Shown here: positions 39,541 through 53,732 of the stretch, in pieces
Layout: each line of letters begins with the position of its first letter
Numbering within the stretch: the stretch's first letter is position 1
Made by a program: the position numbers and the translations under genes
Source of the DNA: Lama glama
Taxonomy: Eukaryota
Assembly: GCA_028534125.1 (NCBI GenBank)
Contig: CM052816.1
Location: forward strand, 75,890,001-75,954,000
Direction: 5' to 3'
Length of the DNA: 64,000 bases
The notes under the pieces: generated by a model
The model's database searches: none
What the model saw: the letters and a program-made list of their open reading frames with translations, nothing else
What the model was told of the DNA's origin: nothing

Positions 39541-40969
39541 ATTTATGTAGGAAGCACCTGCACAGACTCCTTTGTTTATTAACTTCCTTTCATAAATGAC
39601 TTCAAGAACCCAAGTTTCTAATCACTATATCTCACTGTCCAGCAAAAAAGTCACCATGCATTTTACTTAGTAGCTTTCTTCAGTGGCTGTTTGTTCTCAG
39701 GAATTTCTTCTTGAGGGTTAAGAAGTACTTCATGTGACACTTTCAGTCATGCGTTCAGTGGACCCAGAGATCGTTTACAGTTTCCACCTTCTTACATTGA
39801 AAGTTTCTGCTCTTCTTTAAATGATTTGCTTCTTTACTTTCTTTCAGCATAATTTCTTTATCTTTTCATTTACATTAGCTTTGTCATACCGGGATGGAAA
39901 AACAGAAATGACTAGGTTCATTACTGAGGTGAGAGGGTTTTTGAAATAACACCATAGACTTCCTGTCAAGAGTATATGTGTTACGAAATGATTTTCCAGG
40001 GGTGGTGGCTAGGATGTGCTTTCTGCATTCTGGTTGTCCTTGTGACCACTGGGTACCTCTGTGGGTGGACAGGTCAAGAGGAGCTGTTTCGTGACTGACT
40101 TGTCAGTGTGGAGAATAAATTTACAATCTGGGCCTTAGACAAAATTTTATTAAAGTATATGATTTGTACACTTATCATCTGGTAAGTCCTCTCTGAATTC
40201 AAAGGAGCTTAAAAGAAGTGTGGATGACAGTTGGCAAACTAATATGTTAATGGCTGTGTTAGTCAACTCTGGCTCAGTATTTTTGCTCCTTTATGGAAAA
40301 AGCAATGACCAGAGCCATTTTTAGAGGCACTAATGTTCTTTCTGTACTAGAGGAAAAGTGAGTTAATGTTTCTCATTCCTAAAATATTAATTTTTTACAC
40401 TTTAATTGAACTTGGGTTGAATAGCAAATAGAGAATATTGCATTAAAATATGAAGTTGAAGAAAACACCTTATTTCTTCCACCCTCAGAGTTGCTCCCAG
40501 AGATAATTTGATGGGACTTATTATCTTTCTGCTCTAGTACACTGAAACTATTGCTCCTTTCATCTGGAAAGTTAGTTTAATTAGTTTCGTTCTCTGGGTT
40601 TTCACCTGAGCAGTTACAAAGTCAGTATCTGGCAATCAATATATTATAGAAGTTTAGGGATTTATTGTATTTGGAGAGCAAGGAGGTGAAAAATGGAGCA
40701 TGTCAAAACTTATCTAAACTACTTAACAGAAGAGAAATTAGATCTCCCAAAATAGTAGCACTGGGCAGACCATACCAGTAATTTAAGGGGAAGTGACAAA
40801 ATTTGAGAAGTGAAGACTCTAAGTCTAAATCTCAGCATCTTTACTACAGGTTTCATTTCCTCATACATTATTAAAAAGACATGTTAAGAATGCATGCTGG
40901 TGGTTATATCTGTGGATATAAAGAGTAGTTTTTCATAATTTCTACTCTGGTACAATACAGTTGCTCACA

Positions 40970-43905
40970 TTCATTCATTTATTCATCCATCCATTCATTT
41001 ATTCCACATGGATGTATTGATATCGTGCTGTGAACCAGCCTTGCTGGTTGGATTGAATGTGGGGAGTCTGAGAAAGGGAAAAATCAAAGACTACCCTTAG
41101 GTTTTTGGCTAAGTCGGGTGGTAATGGGATAGTCTCTCATTTACTGGGAGACTGGGGAAGGAGATAGTTTAGAGGTAGGAATCATGACTTGGATTTTGGG
41201 GATATTAAGAGGTGTGCTGTATGTGATGGGATATGCACATTTAGAGCTTAAGTAAGTGATCAGGGATGGTGTTTTGCGAGTCATCACCATAGTGACAGAA
41301 TATGAAGTTATTGGACTAGATTAGAGCACTGGGGGAGCAGGTGTAGTCTTAGAGAATAAGAAAGTCTAGACCTGAAGTTTGGTTCCCCACCACATTGTGG
41401 TTAAGAAAAGAAGGAAGATTCTATTAAGCAGATGGAAAAGGAGCAGTCTGTGAAGCAGGGGGGTAAAGTCATAAAGTGTGTTGTCCTGGAAGCCAAGAGA
41501 AATAGTGTTTCAAGAAGGACATGATTAACTGTGCTTGGTGTTGCTGAGAGTTAAAGATGGGGATCAAGCATTGATGATTGGATTTGGTCATGTGAATGAG
41601 CCTAGTGGAATGCTGAGTTAACATTAGAGGGATTAGAGGGATTGAGAACATGAAAACAGCTATCACAGTCATTAGAGGGATTGAGAACATGAAAACAGCT
41701 ATCACAGTCATCTCTTTTGAAGAATCTTCCTATAAATGAGAATAGAGAAAATTGGCCAAATGCTTGGGGGAGATCGTGGGATCAAGGAGGGTATTTTTAA
41801 GATGGGAGATATTACAACATATAATATCTGAATAATTGTAGAAATAAAGTCTTTGATTAGGGGTAAGAGGATGGAATTGAGATAATTAAAGAAAGGGTTA
41901 GCTTTAGGCAAGAGTAGAAACAGTCATCCCTGTGACAAGAGGGAAGGAAGACGGTTTAGGTACAAAAGTAGACAGGCTGGTAAACTTGGTGTAGGAAGAA
42001 TATGGAAATTGATTCCTAAATGATTCTATTTTATTAGGAAAATAAGGGGCAAGTATTTCAGCTAAAAGTAAGGATGGTCTAGTATGGAGGTTTAGGGAAA
42101 GAAGACATGAAAAGAAGTGTTTGTGGAGTGGGAAAATCAGAGGAATGAAGAGAATTGCTGGGCAGTATTTTTGAGATTTGAGGCCATCATTGAAAGACCA
42201 GTTAGCATAGTTCTGTGTTTTTCCGCTGCTCAGATGCTGATGTGCAGTAGATATAGAGTTAGGTTTTAGCAAATTTAAGTTTTATCAGATAAATGTGAAG
42301 GAAGCAAACTAGATGAGGATTTTAGTAGGGAGTGATTAAAATGATGGATGATGGATCTAAATTTGGTAAGAAGTAAAGGAGGGACTTGAGAAGGGTAGGT
42401 GATAGGATCAACAGATTGGATGTCCCAGCAGTGCCAAGGGAGTTTTGCAGTAGGTATAAAGGAAGTAGTGAGCTGAAAAGATAGAAGTTAGAGTTTAAAG
42501 AATGGTATGCTTGAAACTGAGATTATGGATCTCAGTTAGTATGAAGAAATTTAAAGTGCTAACACTGAAGTATGTGCTTGAAGTAAGCTTGAGGGCAAGG
42601 TCAATTGTAGTGAATAGGTCAAGAAACTGACATGCCATAGTATTCCATAGTTAAATGGGTCTGTTATTTGAATTTTACACTCACCAATAAATCACAGGAA
42701 ATGTAATGGAGAGACACAATCCAGAGTCTCAACTTTTCAAGAAATGAAAGGTTATGACTGGGAAGATGGTAGATAATTGATAGGGAGGGATGGCAGCTGC
42801 TAAATATATTTTCATAGTCGTAACTTTTTTTTGGTGTTTAATGTATTTTATTGAAGTATAGTCAGTTTACAATGTTGTGTCAATCACTGGTATATAGCAC
42901 AATACTTCAGTCATATAGGAACATACGTATATTCGTTTTCATATTCTTTAACTGTAAGTTGCTACAAGATATTGAATATAGTTCCCTGTGCTATGCAGTA
43001 TAAACTTGTTGTTTATCTATTTTATATATAAGTAGGTAGTATCTGCAAATCTCAAACTTCCAATTTATCCTTTCCCACTCCCTTCCCCCTCAGCATAGCT
43101 TTAAAGAGAGATCAGACAGCACAGTTGTATATTTCACTCTGGTAAATTCAGCTTCTCAGACAGAGATCTAGGCAGTTTGATGGGTTTTTATCAGAGTTGG
43201 AGCTTTGGCCATATAGTTGTGCTAAAATGAAAAGGGAGAAAAGAGTGAAAGGTGTTTTCAAGGCAGTCATTCTAATTAAGGACTGCTGGAATTCAAACTG
43301 GACAGGAGAGAAAGGAAGACGAGAAGAGTGATCAAGAAGGAAGGTAGGGTGACGGGGTTGGAAGCCTTGGTAAATGGAAGTGGGAAATTGCTTGAGAATG
43401 TGTACAGAGTAAATGAGCTGAAAGTTTAGAACATGATATTCAAAGAGTGGGAAGCTAGAGGCTGAGATTTTGAAGGTGATATGGTTAATGGTGACGACAA
43501 GATTGAGTGGCTGCCTGGGCTTGGAGGAAACAATCTTTGGACTTGAGGAGGTGGAGGAGGAAGTGAGACATGAGAGTGCTGATGCCATTAATTTTTTGGA
43601 ACAGGAATAGAGGTAGAAAGGAACTTGTGTAGCAGATGATAAAGGAATCAATATGTGTGACCAGGATTTGTAGATGACTGTAATAAGCAGGGAGAGTGTT
43701 AGATTTGAACTTTAAAAGATCTGAGCTTTTGAGCACAGTGACAGAAGAAATGGTTTACAGGGAGCAATGGAGCAAGGTGAATACCTAGTCCACCCCCAGA
43801 CCTTGAGCTATGGTAGGGTATATGTGAAGAAGAAATCCTTCCTTCAAGAGGGCTGTAGAGAAGACTGGAGAAGCCATGAGAAGGAAGTGTTCAGAGAAGA
43901 GTTGA
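40970..43905 (-). mobile_element. Long L2 remnant (3' tail plus ORF2); probably continues at ~46040-46200
   Basis: Begins with a (cattcatt)n tail. Purine-rich antisense L2 motifs such as gtcctggaagccaagagaaatagtgtttcaagaagg are present, and - strand ORFs resemble decayed L2 ORF2. Confidence 0.8.
42825..43092 (-). mobile_element. Young L1 3' end inserted in L2
   Basis: ttttattgaagtatagtcagtttacaatgttgtgtc...gatattgaatatagttccctgtgctat. Confidence 0.92.
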
Positions 43906-46038
43906 ATGAGCTTGCTGGCGCTGCATAACATAGTACCACAAACTGAGTGGCTTAGAATAACAGAAATTTATTATCTCATAGTTTTGAAGGTTGAAAGTCT
44001 GAAATCAAGATGTTGATAGGGCCATGTTCCTATTGAAGCCATCAGGGAGAAATCTGTTCCAGGCTTCTCTCCTGGCTTCTGGTAGTTCCTTGGCTTGTGG
44101 CAGCATAAAGCCAACATGATGTTCTCCTTCAGTGTGTGCTTGTCCAAATTTCTCCTTTTTATGAGGATACCAATCATATTGGATTAGAAGGCCGCCCTAC
44201 TCCAGTATGACCTTATTCTAACTTAAATAATTATATCTGCAATGATCCTGTTATTTTTACATTAAAAATTTTTGTTTCTCCCAATATTATTGATCTGTAA
44301 TTGATATATAGCACTGTATAAGTTTAAGGTGTATAGCATAAGGATTTGCTTTGCATCCATCAAGAAGTGATTATCACAATAAGTTCAGTAAATATCCACC
44401 ATCTTGTATAAATACAAGATTAAATAAATAGAAAAAATACGTTTTTTTCCTTGTATTGAGAACTCTTAGGATTTACTCTTAACTTTCATATATAACATAT
44501 TAGCAGAGTTAATTATAGTCATGTTGTACATTACATTTCTAGTACTTATTTATCTTATAGCTGAAAATGTGTACCTTTTGACTGCCTTCATCCAGTTCTG
44601 CCTCCCCCAACCCCTGCCTCTGGTAACCACAAATCAGATCTCTTTTTCTATGGGTTTGTTTGTTTGTTTTTGAAGTATAATTGATTTACAACACTGTTAG
44701 TTCCTGGTGTGCAACATAGTTATTTGATATTTCTTTACATTTCAAAATAATCACCACTATAACTCTAGTTACCATCTGTCACCATAAAAAAGTATTACAT
44801 AATTATTGACTATATTCCCTACACCGTACATTTCATACCCATGACTCATTTATCTTGTAACTGGAAGTTTATACCTCTTAATCTCCCTCATCTACTTCTC
44901 TCATTTTCCACCCCACCCCCAGCAACCGCCTGTTTGTTCTCTGTATCTATGACTCTGTCTCTGTTTTATTATGTTTGTTCATTTGTTTTGTTTTTTAGAT
45001 TCCACATATAAGTGAAATCATATGGTATTTATCTTTCTCTGTCTGACTTATTTCATTCAGCATAATACTCTCTAGGATCATCCATGTTATTGTAAATGGC
45101 AAGATTTCATTCTTTTTTTATGGATGAGTAATATTCCATTGTGTATATGAGTAGTGTGAGTTCTTTGTATATTTTGGATGTTAACCCCTTGCAAATATCT
45201 TCTCTCATTCAGTAGGCAGCCTTTTCATTTGTTGATAGTTTCCTTTCCGTTTTAGTTTGGTGTAGTTCCATTTGTTTATTTTTGTCTTTATTTCCCTTGC
45301 CTGGGGAGACATACGCAAAATATTGCTAAGATCAATGTCAGAAAGCATACTGTCTATATTTTCTTCTAGGAGCTTTATGGTTTCAGGTCTTACACTTAAT
45401 TCTTTAATCCATTTTGAATTTATTTTTTGTTTATGGTGTGAAAATTAGTCCAGTTTGATTCTTTGGCATGTAGCTGCCTTGTTTCTCAGTACCATTTATT
45501 GAAGAGACTGTTTTCCCTATTGTATATTTTGCCTCTTTTGTTGTAGATTAACTGATTACATAAGTGTGAGTTCACTTTTGAGCTCTCTGTTTTGTTCCGT
45601 TGATTTATGTGTCTGTTTTTGTGCCAGTACCATACTATTTTGATGACTGTAACTTTCTAGTATAGTTTGAAATCAGGGAATGTTATACTTCCAGCTTTGT
45701 TCTTCTTTCTTAAGATTGTTGTGACTTTTTGGGATTTTTTTGTGTTTCCATACAAATTTTAGAGTTATTTGTTCTAGGTCAGTGAAAAATGTCATTGGTA
45801 TTTTGATAAGGGTTGCATTAACTCTGTACATTGCCTTGGATAGTTATGGTCATTTAAACAGTATTAATTCTTCTAATTCATAAGCACAGTACATCTTTCC
45901 ATTTGTTTGTGTCAACTTCAGTTTTTCCATCAGTGTGCAATGACCCTATTTGTAAATAAAGTCACACTCTGTGGTACTGGAGATTTGTACTTCAGCATAG
46001 GAATTTGGGTGGGTGAGGGCACAGTTCAACCTGTAACG
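43906..46038 (-). mobile_element. MaLR LTR (MLT1B/C-like) split by an L1
   Basis: gtaccacaaactgagtggctta...cagaaatttatt...tccagtatgacctt; resumes at 45936 with tgcaatgaccctatttgtaaataaagtcacactctg...cacagttcaacctgtaac. Confidence 0.88.
44253..45935 (-). mobile_element. 5'-truncated L1 (L1MA9-like)
   Basis: 3'UTR and ORF2 antisense motifs. 15-bp TSD tgcaatgatcctgtt (44238-44252) / tgcaatgaccctatt (45936-45950). Confidence 0.92.
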
Positions 46039-49000
46039 CGTGATGACAGATAAGGGGAAAGGTTTTGGAGGTGGAGGATGGTTGGGAAAATGGGTCAGAG
46101 TAGTAGACGTACAGAATGCTTGGGATGACAGGGAGCTCAGGTTTCTGGTTAACAGATAATAGGGGTGTGAGGCATTAGACCTGCTGGCTAAGCAAAATGA
46201 TGTAGGCAATTGAACAGGTGTTTTCTTCTGCCACTCTCAGCAGGATGGTGGCCAAGGGAGGAGTGAAATAGCCCCCAGTGTGCTGGTTTCTGGAACATGA
46301 GGAACTCTGAGACCTTCTTTCGCTAGTTCTGAGGTGGTGTGGTGGACTTGGGGAGGGCCAGTCTCAGTTGGAACATGAGTTTAGGAATACTTCTTCTTTG
46401 TAGGGATTGTGTTGTGGTGGCCAAGATAGGAGATGTGGAGAAGTGTCTTTATCATCTGATGGTGTGGTGATGTGGTGCTTATTAATCAGGTGACCTCTTG
46501 AAGCTACAAGTATTTTGTCAGCTATAGAGTCCAGTATGATGTGTGGTATTAAGAAGAAAGGTTCTTAACATGTTTCAGCAATAGTAAAACTCAGATTTCA
46601 AGTGTGCATGTTTATTCTTAAAGGGAGAAACTTTTACTGGATATTAGAACTTAGAATTCTTTTAAACTTTTTTTATGGTCTGCGGCTGCTAAGTGAGATT
46701 TCTGTGTTCATCAAGACATGATGGGACTTCTATCAGAATGATCTTCACAGATTTGTCAAAAAGCAGAAGTTTGGTTTGAGTGTCCATCTATTGTTCCCTT
46801 CAGTATTCTTATTCCATCTGCTTATACTTTCCTTCCCTTCCATTCTCCACGGACTCTTTACTTGCCTGATTTATATTCTTCTTCATTCTCCATTCTCTTC
46901 ATGAACTGCTTCAGTGATATTTTATAAAAATGTTTTTATTGAACTAATTGATATTTGAGAAGAAGAAAAGAGAAGTATAAAAGCTAAAGTTTTTTAACTG
47001 TTACCTGAGATGTTAGAGGCTTCAACACTGTTACTTCCTAATTTCAGTTGCTCCTAACAAGGGACTAGATGGGACCCTGTTTTATAGATGATGCTTAGTT
47101 TCATAAACTGAGCCACAGAGAGTTTAAGTGACTTTGGTCAAGGTTATACATCTTATTAGAGGAACACACTCTTGATTCAAATTCAGTCTGATGGCCTTTA
47201 AAGTCCCCTTTTCTTCATTGTATTATTTACTTCTTAGGGTAGGAAACATGCAACTTCCTTCAAGTATATTTGCAGTGAGAGAAGATGCTGCCTATTGTAG
47301 TAAAGGCAGCTCCCTGATTTGGAGGTCTGAGACCTGGCATCATATCTGGCTTTATCATTTAATAGCCATGTGATTTCCTACCCTCAACTGTAAAATAGGA
47401 CTAATAATGTCTACCCCCAGGTTTATGATGATGAGGAATAAATAATATGAGAGAGAACTGAGGAAATCAATGTCTGGCATACTGTATATTTTAATAAAGA
47501 TAATTTCTTTCTCTTTGTCATTAGTTATTTGTATTCAGAACCAGAATGCCTATTAAACTAGAGGAAAAAAATTCATAATGATTGGTAATGATGGACCAGG
47601 GGATAGGTGAGGTGGTTGAGAAATTTTTAAGTATATCTCAAGCTACATAAAGGCCAAAAGCCTGTATATAATATTTAGCCTTAGTTTATGAGTTAGAATA
47701 CATTATTATTCCATGGTGGGTGAAGAATCGCTATTAAAAAGAGCTACTGATTTTGAACCCTCCTAAATTAGTGCAGTCTCTCCTTTAACAGGTTGAAATT
47801 AATCAAGCATTGCTTTGTTCAGCTCTTCAAGTGTGGCTGAGCTATTATTAAGGGTAATTCAGGAACATCAGCAATTTCCTCTCAACCGTAAGAGCCAAAG
47901 GAATTCCGTTGGAATGTGGGCTTGAGTGTAAGACGGAAATGGGAGGATGAGACTCTTAGTAAATTTCAGCCCCATGTAATTGAGTCATTCCCTCATCCAG
48001 GCCAGCACTGGAACCTCCTGAATGATACAGACTTGAGATCATTCCTATGGCAGCAGTCTCAAACTTTAGTAAGCTTAACAACCTCTACGTAATTTGTCAA
48101 AAAAAAAAAACCCTCTTGTGCTCATGGTGGTTCTGATGCAGAGCACCTACAGGTGACACTTGGAGAAATACTAACCAGTTGGTATAAGCTTATCATTTGT
48201 AAAATGCAATTATTTTTATTCAGTGGACAGTTGCTTTCTGTTGTCCTTTGTTCTTAAGTTGCTGTACTTGGCACCTTGTGATACACATGAATGGGGGCTT
48301 AATATATGTTAGTGTGTGAAATAATTTTGAGAAGTTTTACTTATAAAATATTAGCACTTCAAGGAAAGGATTAGGCTAAGTTATTTCTCATATTGCTCTT
48401 TAGTAGATGTTGGCTATATTTTTTTTCCTCCTATTTCCTTTAGCTTCTTGAATCACGGTTGTCCATTTTCTTTGTAATAGAATACTCAGTAAAGGAAGTT
48501 AAATGCTATATTTTCTACAAAATTCAATAAGGCTGATCCCTTTAATTTCAGATCTCTTGGGGCAGAGAATCAAAAATCAGATTTATAAGGCTAGAAAAAT
48601 TCATCAAATGCCATTGAGTATGTTCCTTGCCTTTGGCAGGATCACATCTCAATCTATTGCAGTTGAATTTCCAAGGGGACCAGAGGTACGTGTGCCTACA
48701 TTGTGAAGGGATCCTACCTGCACCCATGTTCCCTCATCTCTGCATCCTAGATTGTAAAGGTCATTTCTCCATGCATTGCCTGTTTATTGTAGAGGATTGT
48801 TTAAGACAAGAAGAGGCACCAGGTCTTCTAACTAACGTCTGGAGAGTTTGATGTGGTTGGCAGACATGGGCATCATGAACGATGAAATGATCATTGGAAG
48901 GAAGAAATTTCAGTACTTGTGCTTTAGGTAGAAAACCTGAGACTCACAGTGTGGATTAAAAGCTGCAGCAGGAATGTTCTCTACTTGGGAAGTGCTGTTG

Positions 49001-50607
49001 ACTGCCAGAGGGATGTTCAACGACCATGCTCCCTCCCCTGTCTTCACAAAACCGAACTAATAGGAGTAGTGAGAGATTCAAATAGCAAGGGTTAATGATA
49101 TTCAGGTGTCATCTTTTAAGTTTCATATTAGCAAAGAATTCTTTCAAACTGTTTTGCTTAACCTAAAATTTTCCATACTACCTTCTTAGAGAGGCATTAG
49201 TAAGAACAATGGGCAAAGTAGATCAAGAGTAAGAATAAGAAAATGGCCGTTGTAGCCTGAATTAACAATTTCTACAAAATTGGAATGACAACAGTTTTAT
49301 GTTAGGATGTCATTACCTTTCACTCTCCCCAAGCCATGCCTATGCAACCCCTAGTTTGGTACCCCATACACAGTAAGTGTCCAATAAATGCTTATAACCT
49401 GTTCAATTCAGTGTATCAGTAAAATAGTCATTTGACTTAGATTCTTTCATTTCTGAGATCAGAATCATAGAATTTTTCAGTGTGTCTGTAAGGGTTGGAA
49501 AGAGTTCAGACTATGATGATATAAGGTCCATCATCGCTTCGGGGAGTAGAATGAGATTCCAGGCTGTGGCAGAGTGGTGTGAGTGGCTTGTAACACCTCA
49601 CAGAAATAGCCTGTATTGTGCAGGGGGTGGGGGAGGAATTTCCTCCATTGGAGCACTTCAGGCATTGGGACCAATTTCTTTGGAGATGTAGGAATGAGTG
49701 GGTCCTGGGACTTTTGGTTGATGTGGGGTTGCATCTGCCTCTAGGTGGGTGGGTTTGGGGCAGGCAAACTAATGCCTGGAATTTGCTTCAGTGGAACTGA
49801 CACCACAGCACCGTGTCTCAGTGGGTAACTGGACTTGGAGTGTGGCCAACTGGTGTTCAGGATCAGTCAGCCAGCCTCATTCTCTATGTGTGCCCCCTGG
49901 GCTGACAGCCCCAGAGACGTGGAGAAAATGTTGCACTGCTAGTAAGTAAAATTATCCCTAGGCTTTCTTTAGTGTCCTGTTTGTGTCTTACAATAAATAT
50001 TTATTATTTTTGTGAAAAGAATTTTCCTTGTTTGTAATATTCCATCTTCTAGGAAGAAAATATTGAGATAAGAGCGTATTTATCATTCTAGAGTTTATTG
50101 GCTTGTACTGTTTATTTTTTCTTGGAAGGAAAACAACCCCGTCAGGAAGTGGTAACACGACACAGCCAAGGCTACAGATGTATGGTGGAGAAAACTTGAG
50201 GTGACAAAGACTCAGGCTGTTTTTGTGGTATCATTTTTCAGAAAAAGTTCTGCTTCCCTATTGGTGGCACTGATAACCTGCTCCCTCCCTGATCTAGTTC
50301 ATGGCTACCTCCTTGCCAGGTATGAGACCTTGGGAGAGTCATCTCAATGTTGAGTCTTATTTTCTACATATGCAAAATGAGAGATGGGAGATGTGACCTT
50401 AGATGATGTTTTTCATCTGTAGTAGCTGTAATTATTATCTTTAAAAAATTTGAGACTTTTTTGTATATTATGTTAACAAAGTGAAAATCTCACAAACCCA
50501 GAAATCCTAAAAGCATAAACTAGAATTTGTCAGCATCCTTAGTACTGTGGGCAAGCAGATAAGAATAATGTTGAGTGGTTTGGGATGGACACTTCTAGCC
50601 TACAGGC

Positions 50608-51558
50608 TTTTTATTTATCCATCTGTTGATGGAAACTTAGGTTGCCTCCGTGCCTTGACACTTGTGAGCAATACTGCTATGAACATTGGAATGCATGTAT
50701 CTTTTCAAATTAGTGTTTTTGTTTTCTTTGGATACATACCCAGGAGTGGAATTGTGGGATCATATGGTAGTTCTATTTTTAAATATTTGAAGAACTTCCA
50801 TCTTGTTACCCGTAGTGGCTACACTGATTTACTTTCTTATCAACAGTGTAGGAAGGCTCCCTTTTCTCTGCATCTTCACCAGTATTTGTTACTTGTGGTC
50901 TTTTGATGATAGCCGTTCTGACAAGCGTGAGGTGATATCTCATTGTGGGTTTGATTTGCATTTCTCTGATGGTTAGTGTTGTTGAACATCTTTTCATGTA
51001 CCTGTTAGCCATCTGTATGTCTTCTTTGAAAAAATATCTATTTAAGTCTTTTGCCCATTTTTAAATCAGGTTTTTTTTTGATATTAAGTTGTATGAGGTG
51101 ATTATATATTTTGGATATTAATCCCTTATTGGCCATATCATTTGCAAGTATTTTCTCCCATTTGGTAAGTTGTATTTTTGTTTGTTGATGGTTTCCTTTG
51201 CTGTGCGAAAGCTTTTACAGTTAATTAGGTCTCACTTGTTTATTTTTGCTCTTATTTCTTTTGTCTTAGGAGACACATCCAAAAAAATATTGCTACAATT
51301 TGAGTGTTCTGCCCATGTTCTCTTCTAGGAGTTTTATGGTTTCAGGTCTCACATCTAGGTCTTTAATCATTTTAAGTTTATTTTTGTATATGGTGTGAGG
51401 GAATGTTCTAATCTTATTTTTTTCACATGTAGCTGTACAGTTTTCCCAGCACCACTTATTGAGGAGACTTTCTTCTCCATTGTATATTCTTGTCTCCTTT
51501 GTCATAGATTAATTGATCATAATTGTGTGGGTTTATTTTTGGGCTCCTTATTTTACTT
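50608..51558 (-). mobile_element. L1 ORF2 3' fragment
   Basis: ORFs read [29 protein letters not shown] and SLLNKWCWEN, both L1 ORF2p. Confidence 0.95.
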
Positions 51559-52052
51559 ATTAAATATTTCTTTCCTTTTTTTTTTACCTTCTTAATTCTT
51601 AATGAACAGAACTCTTGCTCTTTTTAAACCAAATAAAGATGGAGTTAAATTGATTTTCATGTATATGGCGCCTTGCTTACATTTTTCCTGTTTGAAGGTG
51701 ACTTGCAAAGCCAAAAGCAACCCAAAGACCAAAACTAGCAAACAAAAAAAGCTTCTTGAATTTTCTGTTAAAAAAAGATTTGAGTAAACAGTGAGGTGTT
51801 GGTATGATACCCAGGACTGGGGAATGTTAATTGTCTTACCATTTGAAGGTTTTGGAGGCAAGTAACACTCTGAGTTGGAAGGTTTTTCTTCATTTTCCAG
51901 AGGACCATGAGGTTGGGGTTGGGTTTTCAGAACAAGATTCTAAGTCTTTGTAGAACATATGAGAATCCTGAGTGGGGATTGTGGTCGGCGGTGCTCAAGC
52001 CAGCAGACATCCAGCTTTAGCCATCCTATCCATACTCTTCCTTTTAAGATAA

Positions 52053-53732
52053 TTTTTAAATTTAAATATTTAAAAAATTTTATTGATACAAATAATTGAC
52101 TTGTAACATTCAGGTGTACAAAATAAGGATTTAATATTTGTATATACTGCAGAATGATCAACCACCACAATGTCTAGTTAACATCCATCACCACATATAG
52201 TTAAAATTTTTTTTCTTGTGATGAGAACTTTTAAGATTTACTTTCTTAGCAACTTTTAACTATACAACACAGTATTATAAATTAAGATACCATGCTGTAC
52301 ATTACATTTCCATGACTTACTTATTTTATAACTGGAAGTTTGTTCCTTTTGACCCTCTTCAACCAGTTTGTCCCCTCCACCTCCCCCACCTCTGACAACC
52401 CCCAATCTGTTTCCGTATCTATGAGCTTAGTTTTGTTTTGTTTTTTGTTTTGTTTTTTAGATTCCACATATAGTGAGATCATATGGTATTTGCCTTTCTC
52501 TAACTTATTTTACTTAGCATAATGCCCTCAAGTCCATCCATGTTGTCACAGATAGCAAGATTTCCTTCTTTTTATGACTGAATAATATTTCAGTTTCCAC
52601 TTAGGTTGCTTCTGTATCTTGGCTATTGTAAATAATGCTGCAATGATTATGAGGTGCATATATCTTTCTAAGTTAGTGTTTTGGTTTTCTTCAGGTCAAC
52701 ACATGGAAGTGAAATTGCCAGATCATATGGTAGTTCTACTTTTAATTTTTGGAAGGGACCCCCATCCTGTTTTCCATAGTGGCTGTACCAATATACATTC
52801 CCACCAATAGTGCACAAAGTTTCTCTTTTCTCAGTGTCTTCGTCAACACTTGTTCCTTGTGGTCTTTTTGGTGATAGCCACTCTGACAGGTGTGAGGTGA
52901 TATCTCATTGTGGTTTTGATTTGCATTTCCCTGATGATTAGTGATGTTGAGCATCTTTTCATGTACCTCTTGGCCATCTATATGCCTTACCTAAAAAAAT
53001 GTCTATTCAGATCCTTTGCCTATTTTTTATTTGGATTTAAAAAAATTTTTTTGGTTATTCAGTTGTATGAGTTCTTTACCTATTTTAGATAGTAACCTCT
53101 TATCAGGTATATGATTTGCAAATTTTTCTCCCATTCACTAGCTTGTCTTTTTATTTTGTTGATGGTTTCCTTTGCTGTGCAGAAGCTTTTTAGTTTGATG
53201 TAGTCCTGTTTGCTTATTTTTACTTTTGTTTCTATTATCTAAGGTGACATATCCAAAAAAATATTGCTAAGATTGATGTTAAAGATCATATTGCCTGTGT
53301 TTTTTTCTAGGAGTTTTATGGTATCAGGTATTACATTAAAGTCTTAAATTCATTTTGAGTTTATTTTTGCATATGTTATGAGAAAGTAGTTCAGTTTAAT
53401 TCTTTTGCATGTAGCTGTCCAGTTTTCTCAACACCATTTATTGAAGACACATTCATTTCCCATTGTATATTTTTGCCTCCTTTATCTTAGACTAATTGAC
53501 CATATAAGTATGGATTCATTTCTGGGCTCTCAATTCTGTTTCATTGATCTATGTGTTTGTTTTTATACCAATGCCATACTGTTTTGATTACTGTAGCTTC
53601 ATAATACAGTTTAAAATCAGAGTGTGTGATGCCAACAGCTTTGTTCTTTCTCAGAATTGTTTTGTATATTAGGGTCTTTCATGGTTCCATACCAATTTTA
53701 GGACTGTTTGTTCTATTTCTGTGGAAAATGCC
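52053..53732 (-). mobile_element. 5'-truncated L1 (L1MA9-like)
   Basis: 3'UTR motif gatgagaacttttaagatttactttcttagcaac, followed by antisense ORF2. Confidence 0.93.
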
